A DNA stretch of 32,000 nucleotides from Candidatus Saccharimonadota bacterium (GTDB taxonomy: Bacteria > Patescibacteriota > Microgenomatia > UBA1406 > GWC2-37-13): the NCBI GenBank assembly GCA_016700135.1, contig CP065004.1, positions 120,001 through 152,000 of the forward strand. Reading direction: 5' to 3'. The notes under the pieces were generated by a model, which was not told the DNA's origin, did no database searches, and saw nothing but the letters and a program-made list of their open reading frames with translations. Positions 27,201 through 32,000 of the stretch are shown here, piece by piece. The position numbers were made by a program, and so were the translations under genes. How positions within the stretch are numbered: position 1 is the stretch's first letter; each line of letters begins with the position of its first letter.

Positions 27201-28052
27201 ATGCGTGTCCGCCACTTCGGAGGTATCGTCATCTCAGACGTGACCCAGGGTTTACCGAGAGTTGAAGAACTCTTCGAAACAAGAAATCCGAAAGTCGTCT
27301 CACCTATCACAGAAATTGCCGGAAAAGTTTCCGTCACTGAAGATACAGACCGTGATATGTTTATCGTCAAAGTCACACCGACTAACGGTGAAGAAGACGA
27401 AGCTCAGGAATTCAGTATTCCGACAACTCAGAAACTGAAAGTTTCAGACGGCGATATGGTACCGGAAGGAACACAACTTTCTGAAGGGTACCTGAATATC
27501 AAGGATATTTTGAGTATCAAAGGTTTGCACTATGCTCAGCAATATCTTTTGAATGAAGTCCAGAAAGTATATGAATCACAGGGTATCGGGATCCATGATA
27601 AACATTTCGAAGTGATCATCCGCAAGATGAGTGACAAGGTCGTCATCGAAGACGAAGGAGATACTTCATTTACAAAAAATGAAGTGGTATCACGCGTCAA
27701 ATTTGATGAAGAGAACAAGAAGACAATCGCTGTCGGAGGAAAACCGGCGGTCGGAAAAGTCACTATTTTCGGAATAACACGAGCTGCCATTTATACAGAC
27801 TCCTGGTTGTCAGCCGCATCGTTTGAGCAGACAACTAATGTTCTTTCAAAAGCGGCCATCAGAGGTCAGGTAGACGGCTTGCTAGGACTGAAAGAGAATG
27901 TTATAATTGGACGTCTAATACCTGTCACACAAGACTTAATTACAAAATATTATTCACAAGCTAAAACACAATATGCCAACGATCAACCAACTGGTGAGGA
28001 AAAGCCGATTGAAGAAAATACGGAAATCGAGAGCAACGGCACTGAAGTCTAA
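24240..28052 (+). CDS. rpoC: DNA-directed RNA polymerase subunit beta'
   Basis: Zn-binding [23 protein letters not shown], the catalytic motif NADFDGDAM, and the conserved blocks [13 protein letters not shown] and [10 protein letters not shown]. The ATG lies 6 nt after the rpoB stop. Confidence 0.95.
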   Translation: MDDMQMLDFSGLKIRLASPEDILGWSHGEVTKPETINYRTFRPEKDGLFDERIFGPTKDYECYCGKYKRIRYKGIVCDRCGVEVTSSVVRRERMGHLKLATPVAHIWYFKGASNPLSVILDIPTQTMERIVYYALFLVTGVNKERQEEVAQALEKLKDEEVKKQEEWYEGEKKKLKETYDKEKKSVEKKISNPEQRDLAMQEVDIKERDAFRRLSDRFIDRKSKYVAMYDRLTKVVKTLRPLDTLEEEDYLFLKDYDLADFVEVGMGAEVIQDLLKKQDLKELISETMSKISKTRGEKRSKLLKKVRILESFIKSGTSPEWMMISVLPVIPPDLRPVVQLPGGKFATSDLNDLYRRVINRNIRLKQLIELGAPEIILRNEKRMLQESVDSLLDLQKSRGRAQTRRSAKKLKSLSDVLRGKQGRFRQNLLGKRVDYSGRSTIIVGPELRIDQCGIPKEMALELFKPYLLHEIIIRGLAPNIKSAKNFLEERPPEIYDILEEITKNHPVLLNRAPTLHKLSILGFFPVLTDDNAIKLHPTVCSGYNADFDGDAMGVFVPLSQQAIDEVKARMLPYRNLLKPADGSPIVIPNKEMALGVYYLTTLDKHAESSEEKMRIFATSEEALSNYHLDRITLRQPIRVRINGETMVTSIGRILFNETLPQELQYVNEDVTAGDIKAIVVKAMKFLSQEEVGAIIDRIKDLGFWGATVSCGLSVSIFDCKIIEDKDKIIAEAEKEVTNIQDNFNQGLLTLDEKKRISNKLWIDITEKLADKTWDAIDEENPVKIIIRSGGARASREQLKQLSAMKGLVVDPMGKIIEVPTKSNYREGLNVFEYVVSARGARKGLTDSALKTADAGYLTRRLHDVAHDMIIREEDCGTATGLLVESKGERGDKMMLRIEGRYTAEPVMKGKKTLIETGTLIGEAELKLVKDNEIERVTVRTPLFCKSKTGICQKCYGLDLSTQDVVEIGVPAGVLAAQSIGEPGTQLTMRVRHFGGIVISDVTQGLPRVEELFETRNPKVVSPITEIAGKVSVTEDTDRDMFIVKVTPTNGEEDEAQEFSIPTTQKLKVSDGDMVPEGTQLSEGYLNIKDILSIKGLHYAQQYLLNEVQKVYESQGIGIHDKHFEVIIRKMSDKVVIEDEGDTSFTKNEVVSRVKFDEENKKTIAVGGKPAVGKVTIFGITRAAIYTDSWLSAASFEQTTNVLSKAAIRGQVDGLLGLKENVIIGRLIPVTQDLITKYYSQAKTQYANDQPTGEEKPIEENTEIESNGTEV

Positions 28053-28389
28053 CTACAATGCAGTCAAACGACGATATGTAGATAACGACAGTCCGATGAA
28101 GCGCGGTGTGTGTACTATCGTACGTACCATGACACCAAAAAAGCCGAACTCCGCCCTTCGAAAAGTAGCAAGAGTCCGACTTTCCAACCGAATGGAGGTA
28201 ACTGCCTACATTCCGGGTATCGGTCACAACCTTGCTGAGCACTCGATCGTACTCGTTCGAGGAGGCCGTGTGAAAGATCTTCCGGGTGTGAAATACCATG
28301 TTGTACGCAACAAATTCGACACAACCGGAGTTGATAAACGAACAACATCAAGATCAAAATACGGTACAAAAAAACCGAAACAGAAGTAA
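27973..28389 (+). CDS. rpsL: 30S ribosomal protein S12
   Basis: [10 protein letters not shown]..., [28 protein letters not shown], and [29 protein letters not shown]. The start at 27973 lies 80 nt upstream of the rpoC stop, in the +1 frame relative to rpoC. Confidence 0.95.
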   Translation: MPTINQLVRKSRLKKIRKSRATALKSNYNAVKRRYVDNDSPMKRGVCTIVRTMTPKKPNSALRKVARVRLSNRMEVTAYIPGIGHNLAEHSIVLVRGGRVKDLPGVKYHVVRNKFDTTGVDKRTTSRSKYGTKKPKQK

Positions 28390-28396
28390 ATGGCTT

Positions 28397-28489
28397 GTAG
28401 GTAGTAGGCTGTAGGCTGTAGAAAGCATATTGCATTTACAGATATACAAAATACCAACAAGCTACTACCTACCGCCTACGAACTAACAA
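28397..28489 (+). promoter_or_regulatory. Structured rpsL-rpsG spacer: a GTAG-heptad arm and a complementary CTAC-heptad arm (candidate S7 translational operator)
   Basis: GTAGGTAGTAGgctGTAGgctGTAGaaa (28397-28424) faces CTACtacCTACcgcCTACgaaCTAAcaa (28462-28489). An 11-bp perfect pairing, or a 15/18 pairing in a second register, is possible. Confidence 0.4.
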
Positions 28490-28506
28490 GTTTATTAGTA
28501 ACAACA

Positions 28507-28980
28507 ATGCCCAGACATCAATACAAAAGACGACAACCGGATGCAGATCCAGTCTACAATAGTTATGAAGTTGCAAAACTCATCAACTATCTCATGCTTG
28601 ATGGAAAGAAATCAGTCGCACAGAAAATTGTGTACAAGACACTCGAAAATCTTCAGAAAGAAGATAATGATGCACTGATTACCTTAAATAAAGCAATTGC
28701 TAACGTGACTCCGGATCGTGAAGTCCGACCGAGAAGATTGGGAGGAGCTTCATACCTTGTCCCGACCGAAGTCCGTTCAGAGCGGAAACTTCACCTTGCT
28801 CTGAACTGGATTTTAGAGGCAGCACGTTCAAGATCAAACAAAGAGTTTCACTCTTTTGAAGACAAACTGACATCCGAAATTGTCGAAGCCGCAAAAAATC
28901 AAGGACAGGCTGTTGCAAAAAAACAACAGACCGAGAAGCTTGCAGATCAGAATAAGGCATTCTCTCACTTAAAGTGGTAA
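28507..28980 (+). CDS. rpsG: 30S ribosomal protein S7
   Basis: MPRHQYKRRQPDADPVYNSYEVAKLINYLMLDGKKSVAQKIVY...EVRPRRLGGASYLVPTEVRSERK is a full-length S7. Confidence 0.95.
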   Translation: MPRHQYKRRQPDADPVYNSYEVAKLINYLMLDGKKSVAQKIVYKTLENLQKEDNDALITLNKAIANVTPDREVRPRRLGGASYLVPTEVRSERKLHLALNWILEAARSRSNKEFHSFEDKLTSEIVEAAKNQGQAVAKKQQTEKLADQNKAFSHLKW

Positions 28981-29080
28981 GATAATATAATCCTGAATTT
29001 CGAAATTCTAAAATCCCATAATGAAACTGAATTGGGTATTTAGAATTTCGATTTTCCTATTTTAGAATTTAAAAAAACAT

Positions 29081-31177
29081 ATGGCCCAAAACGTCGTTAC
29101 AACAAAAAACCGCAATGTCCCACAAGACAAAATCCGCAACGTCGGTGTTATTGCACATATCGATTCGGGAAAGACAACAACAACTGAACGAATTCTTTTT
29201 TACACGGGAAGAAGCTACAAGATCGGAGACATTGACGAAGGAAATACACAGATGGACTGGATGGAACAGGAACGTGAGCGCGGTATCACCATCGTTTCTG
29301 CTGCAACGACGACGTTCTGGAAAGATGTCCGATTCAACATTATTGATACTCCGGGCCACGTAGATTTTACTGCTGAAGTCGAACGATCACTCCGTGTTCT
29401 TGACGGTGGAGTCGTCGTGTTTGATGCAGAAGAAGGAGTGCAGAGTCAGTCGGAAACAGTATGGCGCCAGGCTGATAAATATAAAGTTCCGCGTATCACT
29501 TTTATCAACAAGATGGATAAACTTGGTGCGAACTTCGAAGGTACGGTTAAAGAAATTGAAGAAAGACTCGGAGCTCATCCTATTGTCATGGTGTATCCAA
29601 TCGGATCCGAAGATACATTCCGCGGTGTGGTCGACCTCATGACGATGAAGGCACTGATTTGGGGAAAAGATGAAAAAGGTATCGAATACGATATTGTTGA
29701 TGAAATCCCTGAAGAAGTCAAAGGAAAAGTAACTGAATATCGTGCAAAAATGATCGAGCAAATCGCAGAACAGGACGATGCTCTGCTTGAAAAATATCTT
29801 GCAGGAGAAGAACCTACTGTTGAAGAAATGAAAGCGGCACTAAGAAAAGCAGTTATCGGATACAAGATAGTACCGATCTATGCCGGAACATCACTTAGAA
29901 ATAAAGGAGTCCAGCCCGTACTTGACGCTATCGTTGATTACCTTCCTTCGCCGAAAGATCTGAAGGAAGTTCACGGCACAAAACCGGGAACAGAAGAGGT
30001 ACTAACAAGACAGCTTGATCCGAAAGAGCATTTTTCATCTCTTGCATTCAAAATCCAACTTGATCCTCATGTCGGTAAAATTACATATACCCGCATCTAC
30101 TCAGGTGTTCTGAAATCGGGTTCATATGTATACAATGTCACTACAGGTAGAAAAGAACGAGTAAGCCGTCTTCTTCTTATGCACGCAAATCAGCGCGAAG
30201 AAATCGAAGAAGCATATGCAGGAGAAATCGTCGCACTTGTCGGTCCGAAAGAAACAAAGACCGGCGACACATTGGCTGACGAAGATAATCCCGTCATTCT
30301 TGAATCTATTACATTCCCTGAACCGGTTATTTCCCTTGCTATCGAACCGAAAACAAAATCCGATCAGGAAAAACTTTCCTATGCATTGCAGAGACTCTCA
30401 GATGAGGATCCGACATTCCAGGTAAAAGTAAACCACGAAACAAATCAGACTATTATGTCAGGAATGGGAGAACTCCATTTGGAGATCCTTGTGGATCGTA
30501 TGAAGCGGGAAATGGGCCTTCAGGCAAATATCGGAAGTCCTCAAGTCGCATATAAAGAAACGATCACACAACCTGCAGATGCGGAAGGGAAATATATAAA
30601 ACAGACCGGAGGACACGGTCAATACGGACACTGTTTGCTGAAGCTTGAACCTCTCGGTCGCGGTGAGGGTTTTATCTTTGAAAATAATGTTAAAGGAGGA
30701 GCAATTCCGTCTGAGTTTATTCCTTCAGTTGAAAAAGGTGTCAGATCGGCTCTTGATAAAGGTGTCCTTCTCGGATTCCCGATTACTGACTTGAAAGTTT
30801 CACTCTATGACGGAAGCTATCATGATGTTGACTCATCGGATATCGCCTTCCAGATCGCAGGAACTATGGCATTGCAGGACGGTGTTGAAAAAGGAGGCGC
30901 AACCCTTCTTGAGCCTATTATGAGACTTGAAATCACAGTCCCTGATGAGTTTATGGGCACTGCAATCGGCGACGTCTCAAGCAGAAGAGGAAAAGTCCTC
31001 GGAACGGAAAAACGAAATCGTGTTACTGTCATCAAGGCCTATGCCCCTCTTGCTGAACTTTCAGGATATGCGACCGTCCTTCGATCGCTTACTGAAGGTC
31101 GGGGAGTATTCTATATGGAACCTTCTCACTATGAGGAAGTCCCGAAGAATATCATCGCCTCAATGCAGAATAAATAA
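29081..31177 (+). CDS. fusA: Translation elongation factor G
   Basis: G-domain motifs [20 protein letters not shown] and NKMD, with full-length EF-G similarity (698 aa). Confidence 0.95.
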   Translation: MAQNVVTTKNRNVPQDKIRNVGVIAHIDSGKTTTTERILFYTGRSYKIGDIDEGNTQMDWMEQERERGITIVSAATTTFWKDVRFNIIDTPGHVDFTAEVERSLRVLDGGVVVFDAEEGVQSQSETVWRQADKYKVPRITFINKMDKLGANFEGTVKEIEERLGAHPIVMVYPIGSEDTFRGVVDLMTMKALIWGKDEKGIEYDIVDEIPEEVKGKVTEYRAKMIEQIAEQDDALLEKYLAGEEPTVEEMKAALRKAVIGYKIVPIYAGTSLRNKGVQPVLDAIVDYLPSPKDLKEVHGTKPGTEEVLTRQLDPKEHFSSLAFKIQLDPHVGKITYTRIYSGVLKSGSYVYNVTTGRKERVSRLLLMHANQREEIEEAYAGEIVALVGPKETKTGDTLADEDNPVILESITFPEPVISLAIEPKTKSDQEKLSYALQRLSDEDPTFQVKVNHETNQTIMSGMGELHLEILVDRMKREMGLQANIGSPQVAYKETITQPADAEGKYIKQTGGHGQYGHCLLKLEPLGRGEGFIFENNVKGGAIPSEFIPSVEKGVRSALDKGVLLGFPITDLKVSLYDGSYHDVDSSDIAFQIAGTMALQDGVEKGGATLLEPIMRLEITVPDEFMGTAIGDVSSRRGKVLGTEKRNRVTVIKAYAPLAELSGYATVLRSLTEGRGVFYMEPSHYEEVPKNIIASMQNK

Positions 31178-31235
31178 GCCCTGTTTCATGCGGAAAGCTG
31201 TAGAATAAATGTATTGCCGTTTTTACGGAGGGTTT

Positions 31236-31895
31236 ATGAAAACACTTGTCATCTCTGATACACATCTCGATCTTCCCTTTGATGAAAAGAAATTTGCATT
31301 GCTTAGCCGTATCATCAATGATGCTGACCGTGTCATTATAAACGGTGATTTTTGGGAAGGCTTTCTCCTGACGTTTGATGAATTCTATGCTTCTGAATGG
31401 AGAAACTTGTTTCCGCTTCTTAAAGAAAAACAAGCTGTTTATATTTTCGGAAATCATGATGCTCAAGAATATAATGATCCGGAAAAAATTAAAGAGTTTT
31501 CCATCATCCAAACAGACAGATATTCTTTTCGGGAAAATGAATTTGTCTTTATCTTTGAACACGGCCACAGAATACTTCCTCTTGAGAAGACCAAGCCTGA
31601 TGTGACGGATCCGAAGTTTCACAAAATTGTCCGTAAGGTTGATGCTCTAGAAAGATTGTTCATTCGTTATTTCGGATCTTTTTATCAGGCACTTGTTTCA
31701 GGATTTAATACAGTTGTAAAAAAACGCATACAACATGAATTAAAGGATAATGAACTCTTTTTTTGCGGCCACACTCATATTCATGAGATAAATCATAAAA
31801 AACGTTTCTACAACACGGGAATAATAAAGCACGGTTTAGCACAGTACATCTACATTGAAAACGGAGAAATTATTCCCAGAAAAGAAAGATATTAA
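31236..31895 (+). CDS. Calcineurin-like metallophosphoesterase
   Basis: Motifs MKTLVISDTHLD, NGDFWE, GNHD, EHGH and CGHTH. SD GGAGGG lies 4-9 nt upstream of ATG 31236. The track start at 31209 is less likely. Confidence 0.8.
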   Translation: MKTLVISDTHLDLPFDEKKFALLSRIINDADRVIINGDFWEGFLLTFDEFYASEWRNLFPLLKEKQAVYIFGNHDAQEYNDPEKIKEFSIIQTDRYSFRENEFVFIFEHGHRILPLEKTKPDVTDPKFHKIVRKVDALERLFIRYFGSFYQALVSGFNTVVKKRIQHELKDNELFFCGHTHIHEINHKKRFYNTGIIKHGLAQYIYIENGEIIPRKERY

Positions 31896-31898
31896 AAA

Positions 31899-32000
31899 CT
31901 ATTCTTGCGGATAAATACGCTCTTCACGAAGTGCGATAACCAGAGGACATTGCTCATGATCATGTTTCTTGGCTGGACAATATTTACGGCCATAATCAAT
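31899..32000 (-). CDS. 3' end of an unidentified minus-strand gene running off the window (last 33 codons)
   Basis: The reverse complement reads ...IDYGRKYCPAKKHDHEQCPLVIALREERIYPQE then TAG, open to the window edge. It is too short for the ORF track and I cannot assign a family. Confidence 0.3.
   Translation of the reverse strand: MDYGRKYCPAKKHDHEQCPLVIALREERIYPQE

Noticed and set aside
28390-28404. Mini-ORF ATG GCT TGT AGG TAG (MACR) starting immediately after the rpsL stop
   Set aside because: It has only four codons, no SD, and lies inside the GTAG heptad arm. It is more economically explained as part of the repeat structure than as a coding or coupling ORF.
31178-31235. Absence of tuf after fusA, and absence of rplJ-rplL before rpoB, as possible rearrangement signals
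   Set aside because: Gene order around the str and rif clusters varies widely among bacteria. With only this window there is no evidence of a breakpoint other than the IS at 19803-20921, which is reported separately.

Overview
This is a gene-dense bacterial chromosomal segment, roughly 90% coding by eye. It uses the standard genetic code: TGA serves as a stop and an intact RF2 gene is present.

Left third: a GT2 fragment and a GT-C/PMT-like glycosyltransferase, a CPBP protease, dnaG-rpoD on the minus strand, a PilM-like/LytR_C fusion, and prfB.

Middle: an accessory-looking group of exported proteins. These are a 155-aa anchored protein, an 863-aa protein (propeller, Pro/Thr linker, putative Cys-peptidase-like domain), and a convergent 204-aa Cys-rich protein that shares a bidirectional terminator with the 863-aa gene. 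A tightly packed string follows: ftsE, ftsX, a coiled-coil hydrolase, a lamin-tail-domain protein, VanZ, a CAP-domain protein, a small membrane protein, and rmlA.

Right third: two small DUF948/YtxH-like membrane proteins, an apparently intact IS481-like insertion sequence with a 5-bp target duplication, then rpoB-rpoC-rpsL-rpsG-fusA and a metallophosphoesterase.

The domain repertoire suggests a Patescibacteria/CPR-type genome. The cues are the LTD protein, Pro/Thr linkers on most exported proteins, a compact rpoB, and many genes without a Shine-Dalgarno sequence. This is inference only, because no rRNA is in the window.

I found no CRISPR array, tRNA, rRNA or recognisable defence system. The most notable observations are:
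- The IS lies directly against a near-consensus promoter upstream of rpoB.
- rpoC and rpsL share an 80-nt dual-coding overlap.
- A phased CTACNNN heptad tract recurs upstream of prfB, rpsG and one other gene.
- A repeat/hairpin element sits in the rmlA-DUF948 spacer.
- An FtsEX module is paired with a non-canonical (C39-like) hydrolase.
- The large propeller/peptidase-like exported protein has no assignable function.

Many track ORFs begin at TTG or GTG. I trimmed these to the first plausible ATG where protein homology supported it.
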